A program made the translations under genes and the position numbers. Below are positions 26,901-36,255 of a DNA stretch of 50,198 nucleotides, in pieces. The stretch is from a virus (taxonomy: Duplodnaviria > Caudoviricetes): positions 1-50,198 of the IMG/VR virus record IMGVR_UViG_3300027868_000002. One strand, 5' to 3'. The notes beneath the pieces are model-generated. The model was not told where the DNA came from and ran no database searches. It worked only from the letters and a program-made list of their open reading frames with translations. Each line of letters begins with the position of its first letter. Positions within the stretch are counted from its first letter, which is position 1.

Positions 26901-27009
26901 CAGACTCAAGCACAAATCCTTCTGGTGTTGAAGATTCTAATACAAATCCTGATGGAAGATTAGCTTGTTGTGTTGGTGTTTCTAATACAAACCCTTCAGG
27001 TAACGGCAT
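23980..27009 (-). CDS. Large internal virion (ejection) protein
   Basis: 1009 aa, helical composition, three N-terminal P.GFVLE repeats, last large gene of the virion operon. Confidence 0.7.
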   Translation of the reverse strand: MPLPEGFVLETPTQQANLPSGFVLESSTPEGFVLESGIDNTAKEAESLLGRFGKHIINTVPQIAKESFYGVGGGKIMSIPAAYMLSRKAKERGVDLGFKDAQKLIKDGVLNKLGETVPEFDISTPETFGEKATDVAAGITKFAAELYVLKKVMPGVSDKVIWEVQNLVSGGAPGQGALMHTAFSVPGKVIPGTSRLARTGRLAAESAMLGGMTAAEQKITTGEIDWADVAISAGIPPALRSLGYVQSRIRAKDPKVLKAIQDVSKKVPIEKKPELKVLQEIDSTIKVINEWVPTAKKIKKSEWQPAVKKLRAQQITGGNEVLNIAKKKGVAAEEAIRSAQKGFKVKAIRPEVEPPKLTGSQWNSISAKAMDVYGSKADVFKLSNLQRSLDNLRYYKKIPTNYEFGLLEPVLGTPTIQKMYSQLAAQRTYGLWDVPVLMRDGLKSKFGYDPQSARSLTLLSARHPRMYLNAIWKNLVGYLGGKERANKLIQQIEADPAWKAGKKLGINYLGMKPWTASHEAGTKLQQYGMWTDFLLSRKNIVLRKWGEIFAASERGASIGINSAMESLTNQTLRNTEKMRMRGYTQPQIDTFLKKRVSIINTFTKRVQAKHPKAKEIQRAANWFLFSPSYTVARPKGTIQAITNLFAGGPGNRLYGAELVLSNIAAIASMGSMAAYVGNKYRIKDPTKEPPIDGSYNPTDSLWGKGRIGNDVIDFSFGEASWYRLLARLGVSAHQYAKQQLTGEYQPRRGRGAGEELLTYLQSRETVLIGLLKTLATGKDWIGNDIGRTEALLKQVPFEALVSIVEAGEADGMWEALSEGDGSEAVKDFIGNTPIGVMGFAGIGTLSYTVNPASTRAKFRETMANQEYDKDWGALNRLEQARLKMKYKDEFADLDEQVAEDRAKDPFNSQRIKDEEKRAGKYIHSKLSKTNQKKVEGVSTNVGRNPSGFYLNDERYSKYLALVSQNLDERLSQLEIREGLRPELKRVLLKSAVSYAKNRAFAELQREMRK

Positions 27010-27011
27010 AA

Positions 27012-27722
27012 TTAAAATTCTCCAGTTGCTCCATATCCTCTAAATTGTCCGCCTGTGGCTGCAATTTCCCATGTTTTGCCGCTATCATAAGATATAATCC
27101 GTTCTCCGGTAGTTGGGTTTATGGCTGTCATAGGTTCAGCAGTTGATTGTGGAATTATTTCTTCGCCTGCCTGTATTGCTTCTGGTGTTGTTCCTAACTG
27201 TGCGGCCTCAGCTTGCAACTCTTTCATTGTCATAAACTTGCTTACGCTTGGGCCAACTATGGCCTCTAATTCTCTACGTTGTTGGGCTATAGTCTGTGGC
27301 TTGAGGGCATGTCTTTCCGCTACTATATCAAAACCAGAATATTTCAAAAGATTGGAGGCTTCAGGATATTGTTGCCAAAGTTCAAAAAGCGCCTTTGCCC
27401 TTTCTCCGTCTGGCATAGGGGTTTTAAGTAGGGTTTTCTCACCAGCTACCGCTTCAGCATTATAGCGTTGTCTCTCCTTTTCCTCTTGTTCAAAATCTAT
27501 CTCTGACGCCCTTCGTGCTTTCTCAAATTCCCATTGTCTGAGGTAAAGTTGATTTTCAAACTTTTGTTGGTCAAGCATCATTGCTTTATTAAGTTCCCAT
27601 TGTTTAGCAGCAAATAGGAGTGCTTGTTCTTCTTGTCGCTCTTTAGCTTTGGCTCCACCTATCATTCTTCCGGCCTCAGCGTAAGCAGCAGCTTCACCTT
27701 TAGGTCTTTTTACAATCGCCAT
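27012..27722 (-). CDS. Putative ejection protein
   Basis: Coiled-coil; C-terminal ATNP.TGE-like module (AINPTTGERI..DSGKTW). Confidence 0.6.
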   Translation of the reverse strand: MAIVKRPKGEAAAYAEAGRMIGGAKAKERQEEQALLFAAKQWELNKAMMLDQQKFENQLYLRQWEFEKARRASEIDFEQEEKERQRYNAEAVAGEKTLLKTPMPDGERAKALFELWQQYPEASNLLKYSGFDIVAERHALKPQTIAQQRRELEAIVGPSVSKFMTMKELQAEAAQLGTTPEAIQAGEEIIPQSTAEPMTAINPTTGERIISYDSGKTWEIAATGGQFRGYGATGEF

Positions 27723-28264
27723 TACACGCCTCCCCAATGTCCGGTGTTGAGTGTCATTATTGCTGTATCGTCTGCCGCTTCTTCATAAACTGCATAAATA
27801 GCGTATAAATATGCCAAAACACCACCAGATACCCAGGGAGTAACTAAAGAAGTTTGTGTTAGCATATAAGACTGTGCATCTCCTACCGAAGATAGTCTAT
27901 CTATATTTGTAGGAGAAGCTGTATCATCAAGTTGAACTGCTATCCAATAAATTGTCTCTGCGGATATTTCCCAATCGACCGAAACAGTTTTCCAGCCAAG
28001 ACCAGTTCCTTTTGCATTAGTGTTATCTACATATAATCGAGTTTGTGGAACACCGGCGTTGTCACTATATAAACCAACTTCAAAATTACTTTCTTCAGTA
28101 GCATTTTCACAATACCAACCAATCTCTGTGATTCTGCCTGCCCCTGCCGGTGAAGTGTCTTTAAGTGCTCTGGAAGTAGTGTCCATAACCTGACTACTTT
28201 CAACAGGGTCTCCAGTGGGGGCTTCTGTTACAAACCCGCAATTTGTTCCTTTTACAAGTCCCAT
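27722..28264 (-). CDS. Virion beta-sandwich protein (tail appendage/decoration)
   Basis: VGLYSDNAGVP...YWIAVQ pattern. Confidence 0.55.
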   Translation of the reverse strand: MGLVKGTNCGFVTEAPTGDPVESSQVMDTTSRALKDTSPAGAGRITEIGWYCENATEESNFEVGLYSDNAGVPQTRLYVDNTNAKGTGLGWKTVSVDWEISAETIYWIAVQLDDTASPTNIDRLSSVGDAQSYMLTQTSLVTPWVSGGVLAYLYAIYAVYEEAADDTAIMTLNTGHWGGV

Positions 28265-28273
28265 AGTACCTCC

Positions 28274-29179
28274 TTACGGTGCAGTAAAGCCCGACACAGT
28301 AATGGAATGGGTAGTACAGTCTACCGATGTATAGCCTAAATCTTTATTGGCTGTTAGTTTAAGCGGAGTTTTTAGATTAATGACAGCCCCACCATTAACA
28401 GCAAAGTACATTACTTCTACTATATCCGCTGCTGAAGCTGTGTCTTCAACCAGTTTAACATTCCCTGCCGTAGCTCCATTGGATATAATTATATCGGTAA
28501 CATACAAACTTAATCCAGAGCCAGGTGCAGAAACCAAAGCGGTGTCTGTTTGGGCAGAAGATTGATTGTCAGTTGCTTTCCAAAAACAGGGATGCACTGT
28601 TTCTACAAACTGTCTGCCATATACATCGCCAATAAAATGTACTCTGTCATTTTCTGCAACAGCCGTGCCAGGAGCAGTTCCATCCAAGTTATAAGCTTTA
28701 CCACCAATCTTAATCGGATTGCCGGAATCAGTGGCATCATGGGCTATGTCACCGGCAGTATTAGACGCCGTAACTGTTCCGTCAACGGTAATAGTGTTTC
28801 CACCATCGGCAATATGAAGAGCGCCATCAGCATCTAAGGCAAAAGCGCCAACATCTGTGTTGCCCAAAGTCCTCGGTGTAGCATCATATCTACCGCCTGT
28901 CAAAACAGGATTACCGGCAGCATTGGCATTTTCAGCAACGTCACCAACAATCTCGATAGTATTGGTCGAAGCCGGTAAAGAGCCTATTGTAGTATGAAGT
29001 CTGCCACTGCTATCTGTAATCAAGGGCTGATAATCACCGTCACTACCACCCAAAGCGGCGGCAGTATTTTGCCGCACTGTCATGGCTGGCACACCAACAT
29101 CACCAGAACTGTGAGCAGCATCTTCAGATTTACCTAAATTACTTGCACCAGTCCCAGGTATAACACCACGAATTGCCAT
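28274..29179 (-). CDS. Putative tail fibre/spike protein
   Basis: Gly/Ala/Thr/Asp-rich with internal repeats GDVAE..GNPV.TGG / GDIAH..GNPI.IGG. Confidence 0.6.
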   Translation of the reverse strand: MAIRGVIPGTGASNLGKSEDAAHSSGDVGVPAMTVRQNTAAALGGSDGDYQPLITDSSGRLHTTIGSLPASTNTIEIVGDVAENANAAGNPVLTGGRYDATPRTLGNTDVGAFALDADGALHIADGGNTITVDGTVTASNTAGDIAHDATDSGNPIKIGGKAYNLDGTAPGTAVAENDRVHFIGDVYGRQFVETVHPCFWKATDNQSSAQTDTALVSAPGSGLSLYVTDIIISNGATAGNVKLVEDTASAADIVEVMYFAVNGGAVINLKTPLKLTANKDLGYTSVDCTTHSITVSGFTAP

Positions 29180-29255
29180 TTTATCCTCCTATTTATTTAT
29201 TTCTACAAGATAATTATTCTATTTATGGTTTTTATTTTCTTTTCCATTATTTCTT

Positions 29256-29834
29256 CTAATGCTTATCAGTATGTTCATACCAATCTATATCTAAACTTGC
29301 CCATACATCGGCATAGGTTGTAACAGCAATAACATATTTAGTATTAGGTTTTAACACAAATTCATTACTTCCTCTCATACTGCCAGCAGACACTGTTTTA
29401 CTTCCCACCCCTGTTGCCCCAGATCGATGATTAACTAATGTAGTAGCTCCATCAGTTGATCCACTTGTCGGAGTGTGGGTTACGATAACCGTAGCCGCTG
29501 TAGGTGTGCCAACTCTGTTTCTATTTAGCTCAGTTAATGCAGTTCCATCTGTCCTATCCGACCCCTCAGTAATAAGCACTAAAATTTCACCAGTACAATC
29601 TATGTCAAAAACCATGTGGGCGTATTTAGTAGTATCTGGTGTAGTAACCTGCCACTTGAAGGTAGTAGTATCAACATTCTGTAAATCAGAGCAAACAAAA
29701 GAGCTACCACTGTGGACTTCGTGATGTTCATACTCTATAGTTTGTATCGTATTGGTTGAAGCATCTATTCTTATTTCATCCGTTTCTCCTGCTCCGCTTC
29801 CCCATCTTGCATTTAATAATTTCCACAAACTCAT
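29256..29834 (-). CDS. Virion structural protein
   Basis: H.EVH.G, E.VLKPNTKY, WYEH pattern; tail region. Confidence 0.55.
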   Translation of the reverse strand: MSLWKLLNARWGSGAGETDEIRIDASTNTIQTIEYEHHEVHSGSSFVCSDLQNVDTTTFKWQVTTPDTTKYAHMVFDIDCTGEILVLITEGSDRTDGTALTELNRNRVGTPTAATVIVTHTPTSGSTDGATTLVNHRSGATGVGSKTVSAGSMRGSNEFVLKPNTKYVIAVTTYADVWASLDIDWYEHTDKH

Positions 29835-29843
29835 TTTATACTC

Positions 29844-30602
29844 CTATATTGCCCAATAAACACTTGCATCGGCTACTACCTTTAAGCATTCGTACTGGTT
29901 TATTGTCTGTGTTGTGTCACCATCTATTGTTGTACTTCCAGTTGTATCGGCATCAACGGTTATCACACCCGTCCCTACATTTTTTATATAATAAGTCTTT
30001 CCCGCTACCGTAGTAGGTAAATCTATTGTGAATGTTTCATTACCCGCTCCACAAGTTATTACATCATCGGTACTTGTTGCTGTATATGCCGCTGTCTTGG
30101 CTACGATATTTATAGAAAAACCTTTTACAGATACCGCACCGGTTGAAGTTAAACCAGCAAAAGTTGGGCTTGCTCCAGTATGTATGTCCTGTGGTGTAGA
30201 CAGTGTAATACTTCCAGCACCATTTGTCACTGTTATCTGATTAGCTGTGCCTGTCAATCCAGCTAATACAGGGTCGTTACCAGTTGAACCTATTGGTAAC
30301 TGTCCATTTGTAGCCGTACCAACAGCAGTAATAGCGCCAGTACCAGAACCAACTAATATTGAATGGTCGGTTAATGTAGCCGCACCTGTTCCACCATATT
30401 GAACAACAAGAGGCACATTGATAGAAGACAAAGCTTTATTGGCGTCAGTAAATACAAACTCACTTGCATCCAACCCTGTCAGAGTTAATCCCGCAAAGAT
30501 AGGGCTGCTGGTAATACCAAGCCCAGAAGCAGAACCTAACTTCTGAATAGCTTTACGTACAGAGGGCCAATCGTCCTCCCTAATTGGATACTTTTGAGTC
30601 AT
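29844..30602 (-). CDS. Putative tail fibre protein
   Basis: GGTGA and SP.FAGLT fibre-type repeats. Confidence 0.65.
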   Translation of the reverse strand: MTQKYPIREDDWPSVRKAIQKLGSASGLGITSSPIFAGLTLTGLDASEFVFTDANKALSSINVPLVVQYGGTGAATLTDHSILVGSGTGAITAVGTATNGQLPIGSTGNDPVLAGLTGTANQITVTNGAGSITLSTPQDIHTGASPTFAGLTSTGAVSVKGFSINIVAKTAAYTATSTDDVITCGAGNETFTIDLPTTVAGKTYYIKNVGTGVITVDADTTGSTTIDGDTTQTINQYECLKVVADASVYWAI

Positions 30603-31453
30603 TATTTAGCCCGATACCAATACCCTTTAGTTGGATGCCATCTCATAACCCTCATTATTCCATTTTCAAAGACATACTGAACACGGTTTCCATCTTCGTC
30701 TGTAGTTTCTACCGCAGTTCCAGGTTTGTCTCTGGCCTGTTGTGTGGCTTCATTCTGTCTAAACGCAGCTAATTGGCCCTCTGAAAGACTTGGCAAAGAA
30801 CTTCCTCCGCCGCCGCCTCCTCCACCTGTAGGCGTTGTGCCGCCTCCTGTCCCACCCGTTCCACCTTGAACACTTCCAGAAGCGTCTTGGCGATTAAAGT
30901 GTCTTGCAGGATCATTTAGTGGATTGTAATTTGTAGGCAAACCACTTCCACCGGAAATCATAGACTGGCCACCAGAACCAGCACCAGCCGCAGATGCCTG
31001 TGTTAAAGCGCTATAATCAGGGTATGGCTCTTGTATTCTTTCAAGAAATGATGCTTTGCCTAATTGAGCAGATGATAGTCGCTCCATCATTAGGTCTTCA
31101 AGTTTCAATCTTGCCGGAGCACCAACTTCTGCTTCCCATTTTCCAGGAATCCCAGCAGTTGTAGTAGTTCCATATAATCCAGAAGAAATCATACCTTGTG
31201 TTTCAGCACCAACATCTCTTGTCTTTTGTGCTCCCAATTGCTGCAAATAACTTTTACCAAAACTACCACCAGGGCCATATCTTGCTATAACTTCGTCAAA
31301 TATGGATTCTATTCGGCCCTGTCGTGCTTCATTAGCACTTCGGGCTTCTGCTCCCGCCGCCTTAAATCGTGCTTCCAGTCGTTTTTGTGATTGACTTTCA
31401 GCTTGAGCGGCAAACTTTTGTTTCAAATAAGGATTAGTTATATTAAGCGGCAT
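30602..31453 (-). CDS. Putative DNA-ejection/pilot protein
   Basis: Helical N-half, Gly-rich linker; follows nozzle. Confidence 0.5.
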   Translation of the reverse strand: MPLNITNPYLKQKFAAQAESQSQKRLEARFKAAGAEARSANEARQGRIESIFDEVIARYGPGGSFGKSYLQQLGAQKTRDVGAETQGMISSGLYGTTTTAGIPGKWEAEVGAPARLKLEDLMMERLSSAQLGKASFLERIQEPYPDYSALTQASAAGAGSGGQSMISGGSGLPTNYNPLNDPARHFNRQDASGSVQGGTGGTGGGTTPTGGGGGGGGSSLPSLSEGQLAAFRQNEATQQARDKPGTAVETTDEDGNRVQYVFENGIMRVMRWHPTKGYWYRAK

Positions 31454-33546
31454 TACTTTACCCTTCCGGCAGGTTTTATGTCACCTGCAATACGATTAAT
31501 CGCCCATGTTTCGGACGCCGTTGAATTTGATAGTTTCAATCCTAAATGAGTTGACCTCATTCTTGTTCTTATTCTATTCTTCCTACCTGTACCACTTAGC
31601 GTTCCTGAAGCAAAGGCTGTTGCTCCATCTATTATATCTTCAAGAATAGTCTCAGCATCATCACCATTATATAATGAATAGCCCACACCATCTGTATCTG
31701 AAAACTCTCCACTTGCCGCACCACCGGCTAATTCAAATGTCAATGAGGTTAATTTGCCATATTTATCCACATCTTCGGACATTCTACTAATAGACCAAGT
31801 AACATAGCTTGATATAGCTGTATCCGAAGCACCTGAATCGTCATCTTTAGCCGTACTTACAAATTCACGTATATACCCATCATTACAACCAAATAACAAT
31901 CCCTTTGAATCTGAATCTGTTGCTTCATAATAAAATGAAGAAAATATCCCACAGGCAGTAGGGTAAGTCTCTGGATAAAACCCCTGAAGTTTAAGGTTGT
32001 AAAAATAATTCAAATTAGTCCCATCTGCCAAAGTGGTAATTGACACCAATACTCCATTTTCATCAGGGTCGTATGCCAATTTTATACGTTTAGTGTCTTG
32101 ATTAGGAGACCAATCTGATATTAAATTAGGAAGATGCAATTCACTTATATTCATCGGCTGTGAACGCCCTCCTTCCATCTTATAAATACCATTAGAACCA
32201 AAGAAATATAAGTTATATTGAGCATCCTTACACCATGAGTAATAGCCATAAACACCAGTATAATCAGCCTTCTCGCCCAATGACCCACCAAAGGCAGGGT
32301 CTCCATCTAACAGATGAATAGAGTCGGCACAACCAAATATGAGAAAATCATCACCATAAGGTATTAATGCTGTCACTGTATCACCAACATATCCGGCGTC
32401 AGTATTATTACCAGCAACAGCCGTAAGAGGGTCGGTAGATGAGTAAACCCAATTCCAGGGATTGCCCACTTTAGCCATATACCATTGATTAGGATAATTG
32501 GCATTGCCTGATAAGACCAATCTACCTCTATACATACAAACTAAAAAGGCAGTATCTGGCATTACACCAAAGGTAGAATCATTTCCAAATACAGTCCAAT
32601 CGTACCAATGTGGGGGGGCTGTTTCAGCAGCCGAAGTAGCAAATGAAATCGAATTACTATCATCATCAGTTCCGGTTACAGTCTCTCCACTTGAAAACGT
32701 CTCTGTTGTAGTTCTTTTGCCATAAATAGTACATGCTGCATCGACAGTAGTAGATGTGATGTAATCTACTATCATCTCTGCTCCAGATGTTCCGCCAGTT
32801 AAAACTGTACCAAAATCAGGAGGATGTGAGCCTACATCCGAAGTGGCTATCTTTGTGTTTTGAAAATCAGCAACTTTAAGATTAGTTTCATTAGCAATAA
32901 AGACTTTACCATAACCTTCAGTCATTGTAAGAAAGGACGATGTATCTATCTCACCAACAGAATCAGCCAATTGAGTCCAGCTTCCTGATAAGGATTTATA
33001 CCACAATTCACTTGAGCCTAAAGCGACCAAATACTTTGTTACGTATAAATCTGTGGAAGGCGGTAAATTAGCATTACCATATTCTTTGAAGTATAAATCC
33101 TTACTGGTCTGCTCTGTCCATGAGGAAAAATTACCCGTATACATTGTGCCGTCAGTATAAGTCGCAGAAGTAGAATCATATTCCCATTTGCAGAAGTTTG
33201 CCCCACCATACTGTGATTGGGCCACAATAGCATAAGTAGTGCCAGCAATAATGGTAGGCCCACTGGTGAAAGTAAAGGTACGTTCTTCATTGCTTGGGTC
33301 GGTTGGTAATGTATCTCCATCTGTAGTAGCGGTATCTAAAGCCGAGCCTGTAGGTTCTCCACCACTGGTAGCATAAATACCAACGGTAATTGTACCAGGA
33401 CTATTACTTCTACCTAAATTCAATATAACTGAAGTAATTTGATGAGTAACCGATGCTTGGAATGTTTGTGCAGTATAAGTGGTGCTACTTCCCATAGTAT
33501 ATCTGGCATCCATACCTGATGTGTATGATTCATAAAGAGTAGCCAT
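31453..33546 (-). CDS. Tail nozzle (beta-propeller, P22 gp10/T7 gp12-like) with extra N-terminal domain
   Basis: YRGRLVLSG..PNQWYM...W, VTAL.PYGD.FLIFG..SI, LYFFGSNGIY propeller blades. Confidence 0.7.
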   Translation of the reverse strand: MATLYESYTSGMDARYTMGSSTTYTAQTFQASVTHQITSVILNLGRSNSPGTITVGIYATSGGEPTGSALDTATTDGDTLPTDPSNEERTFTFTSGPTIIAGTTYAIVAQSQYGGANFCKWEYDSTSATYTDGTMYTGNFSSWTEQTSKDLYFKEYGNANLPPSTDLYVTKYLVALGSSELWYKSLSGSWTQLADSVGEIDTSSFLTMTEGYGKVFIANETNLKVADFQNTKIATSDVGSHPPDFGTVLTGGTSGAEMIVDYITSTTVDAACTIYGKRTTTETFSSGETVTGTDDDSNSISFATSAAETAPPHWYDWTVFGNDSTFGVMPDTAFLVCMYRGRLVLSGNANYPNQWYMAKVGNPWNWVYSSTDPLTAVAGNNTDAGYVGDTVTALIPYGDDFLIFGCADSIHLLDGDPAFGGSLGEKADYTGVYGYYSWCKDAQYNLYFFGSNGIYKMEGGRSQPMNISELHLPNLISDWSPNQDTKRIKLAYDPDENGVLVSITTLADGTNLNYFYNLKLQGFYPETYPTACGIFSSFYYEATDSDSKGLLFGCNDGYIREFVSTAKDDDSGASDTAISSYVTWSISRMSEDVDKYGKLTSLTFELAGGAASGEFSDTDGVGYSLYNGDDAETILEDIIDGATAFASGTLSGTGRKNRIRTRMRSTHLGLKLSNSTASETWAINRIAGDIKPAGRVK

Positions 33547-33779
33547 TATGGTGACTCCACAACACTAACAGAACATATTGCAACAACTGGCCCTTCCAAG
33601 CTTGCTATTTGCTGTGAATAAGCCTTGTCCAACCCTGGTCTCTGGCCTAATCTGATTTTACTCTCCAGTGTATCAATAGGACGTACATTATTCATGTATG
33701 AAGAATACTCTTGTGGTGTTGATGCTACTTCAAACCCTTCGGAAAAACCACGAATAGGCGGCGGAAACTCTGTAGCCAT
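33546..33779 (-). CDS. Probable separated N-terminal segment of the nozzle
   Basis: PPIRG...NNVRP...GQRPGL resembles nozzle N-termini. Confidence 0.55.
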   Translation of the reverse strand: MATEFPPPIRGFSEGFEVASTPQEYSSYMNNVRPIDTLESKIRLGQRPGLDKAYSQQIASLEGPVVAICSVSVVESP

Positions 33780-34027
33780 TATTTTTTCCTCTTATACTTC
33801 GACCGTTTAGCTCCCATTCTTTCCAATTCGGCATCACTAAGTCCCGACCTCTTTAATCGAGATGCAGTAGTTTCTCTTTTAATGCCCTTGAAATACACAC
33901 TTTCTGATTTTTTAGACTTCAAATCAGTTCGCCAATGCTTGAATGGGGTAGGCTTCCTTCCTGCTGCCAATTCTTTCTTCGCATATTTTTGCCAACTTTT
34001 ATGCCGTTTAATATAATCACTTGCCAT
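33779..34027 (-). CDS. Small basic protein
   Basis: Lys/Arg-rich 82 aa, translationally coupled. Confidence 0.65.
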   Translation of the reverse strand: MASDYIKRHKSWQKYAKKELAAGRKPTPFKHWRTDLKSKKSESVYFKGIKRETTASRLKRSGLSDAELERMGAKRSKYKRKK

Positions 34028-34029
34028 TT

Positions 34030-34350
34030 TTATCCTCGGAAATATAGAATATCTACTGTATCGCCATCAGTTCCACCATAGAAATACAAACTGGATACGT
34101 CATCAATAGGAATCCATAGAGGGCCACCAGCATCAGCGTCATTTATTTCTATTCCAGTCGAATCGGTACAAGCAGCACCAATCTGTATTCGTGTGGCAGA
34201 CGTATTGCCACTACTTGGAGACACATAACACCCAGCACAAGGAAGTGAAGTTCCTCCGTTACCCTGCCCTACATTAGAGGCAATAGTAACTCTGGAGCTA
34301 CCTCCTGTACGCCTTATTGTGCTACCAGATGAACCATTATAATTTGACAT
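34030..34350 (-). CDS. Small virion protein
   Basis: Beta-rich; GGAGG RBS. Confidence 0.6.
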   Translation of the reverse strand: MSNYNGSSGSTIRRTGGSSRVTIASNVGQGNGGTSLPCAGCYVSPSSGNTSATRIQIGAACTDSTGIEINDADAGGPLWIPIDDVSSLYFYGGTDGDTVDILYFRG

Positions 34351-34365
34351 TATTATCCTCCAATC

Positions 34366-34737
34366 TTATGTAGCGCTTGAATTCACTAACGCCCATCCCA
34401 ATGTCTCACCATGCCACACAAATTCATTATATCCACCGGCAGCAGTTAATTGAGTGCCATTGTCACCAGTGCTGGATGTAACATCCACAGTCTCAGTACC
34501 ACCTTCTGTCTCAAAAATTACTAAACAACGCTGATCATAATAATAACCATCAGGCAGAGTAATTGTAAGGCTGTAAGTAGATGTGGTTGTTACTCTAATC
34601 ACACGGTCGATGACAAAACCATCTGTTGCACGGCCAGTCTTGGCTGTATAAGTTATTTTGCCCGAAGCTGTAGTAAAGTGCTTTACTCTTTGGGTCACAC
34701 CAAAGTCGTCACGGGCTAAGAAATTTTCTGAAGCCAT
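34366..34737 (-). CDS. Small virion protein
   Basis: TITLPD beta-rich fibre-head-like pattern; GAAAGG RBS. Confidence 0.6.
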   Translation of the reverse strand: MASENFLARDDFGVTQRVKHFTTASGKITYTAKTGRATDGFVIDRVIRVTTTSTYSLTITLPDGYYYDQRCLVIFETEGGTETVDVTSSTGDNGTQLTAAGGYNEFVWHGETLGWALVNSSAT

Positions 34738-34756
34738 TTGTTTTTTCCTTTCATTA

Positions 34757-35518
34757 CTAAGTTAAATCAGTATCATAAACATTCAAATTTGCCCTATCAC
34801 TTCGGGCTTTACTTTCAGTACATCTGTCAACATACAGATTACCGATAATCACATTATCATAATCTTTACTTGAATCTATCATAATTAAATCTTGTATTAA
34901 TTTATTGGCCAATTGAGTGTGTGTTCCTAAATTATTGTCATTCTCTTGTTCCGCTATGGCCAAACAGCTTTCCAAAATAGCCTCAGATGATTTGACACCA
35001 CCGGCTAAAAAGTCAGATGTATTCTCAGGCTTGAGCGGGTCTGATTTGTAATAAAACTGAATTGGGTATGAACTATCCGGCTCTGGATAAAACCATATTT
35101 CATCCACATTACCTACTGACGGGTCATCAGTAGAAGTTACTATAGCAAAGTAGTATGGCGCATAATTAACTACACCAGCGGCGCGAAGATTCATCATATT
35201 CTCAGGTGTGGTTCTGGCCATTTGTTTGAAGTTTTCATCATCACCGTATGTTGGGTCAGTGATTATGGATGAGAAATCTTCCGGCAATTGGTATCGCCAT
35301 TTTCCATCAAGAAGGTTCATGCTATGCAGCGGCCTTAAAAACGACCACTCATAATAATCACCTGTTCTTATATCAACCGGATAGAGGAATTGTCTGTATC
35401 CTCTAATAGTCATTTCTTTTACAGTTTCAAGTTGGTCGCCAACAGGCTCTCTTCCCCAACCTAAAAATTTACTAACAGCCTTGTAAATATCAGAATATGT
35501 TAAGTGTAATGTCGCCAT
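34757..35518 (-). CDS. Head-tail adaptor / tail tubular protein A-like, paralog 2
   Basis: WSFL, YQLP.DF, FYPEPD..Y, ILESCLA.AE. Confidence 0.7.
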   Translation of the reverse strand: MATLHLTYSDIYKAVSKFLGWGREPVGDQLETVKEMTIRGYRQFLYPVDIRTGDYYEWSFLRPLHSMNLLDGKWRYQLPEDFSSIITDPTYGDDENFKQMARTTPENMMNLRAAGVVNYAPYYFAIVTSTDDPSVGNVDEIWFYPEPDSSYPIQFYYKSDPLKPENTSDFLAGGVKSSEAILESCLAIAEQENDNNLGTHTQLANKLIQDLIMIDSSKDYDNVIIGNLYVDRCTESKARSDRANLNVYDTDLT

Positions 35519-36240
35519 TATTTATCCATCCTAAAGCTTGGCACAAACAGTTTATTATCAGAATCAGATTCATTGGAATTAGGAAAGTAAGAACTATCGT
35601 AGTCGATAAATGAGCTTATCATTTCCTTTGCCTTTGTAGCATGTATTTCCAACGCATCATCCATCTGCAATTCGGCCTCAGCCAACGCACATTCCAAAAT
35701 AACTTCAGAAGCTAAAGCGCCACCAACAAACAATTCAGCATCAGCCGTTGGTTTAGCTGGTTCAAATATATAGTCGTATTTATAAGTATATACGGCATCA
35801 GGTGGGCTGTGAAACCAAGCGTAATATGGCGCTATAACTGTGACATCATAATCGCCCATATTAATTGCGTAATACTCAGGAACATCGTTGGCCACAGATT
35901 TACTGCGCAAAGCCCGTAACTGAGACATATTGATTTTTACAGGATTGTCTTTGTTTTCGCCGTTGTCAAACTTAAAGCCAGATATTAGACCAATCAAGTC
36001 TGTTGGTAAACTATAGGATGCTGTGCCTATAGCAGTATTTAATGTCCCTGTTTTCCGCAGAAAACTCCACACGTAAATTTTATTGGTCTCAAGTATAACT
36101 GGAAATAAGAATCTTCTATAGCCACGATACACTAAATCTTTAGCTGTAGTTAATTCAGCACCAGTTGGTGAACTGCCAGTACCTAAAAACTCACTAACCT
36201 TACCATATAAATCTGAGAAAGCAAGCTGTAGTGTTGCCAT
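35518..36240 (-). CDS. Head-tail adaptor / tail tubular protein A-like, paralog 1
   Basis: WSFL, YSLP.D, PPD..Y, ILECALAEAE; aligns with 34757..35518. Confidence 0.7.
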   Translation of the reverse strand: MATLQLAFSDLYGKVSEFLGTGSSPTGAELTTAKDLVYRGYRRFLFPVILETNKIYVWSFLRKTGTLNTAIGTASYSLPTDLIGLISGFKFDNGENKDNPVKINMSQLRALRSKSVANDVPEYYAINMGDYDVTVIAPYYAWFHSPPDAVYTYKYDYIFEPAKPTADAELFVGGALASEVILECALAEAELQMDDALEIHATKAKEMISSFIDYDSSYFPNSNESDSDNKLFVPSFRMDK

Positions 36241-36255
36241 TATCTACCCTCTATT

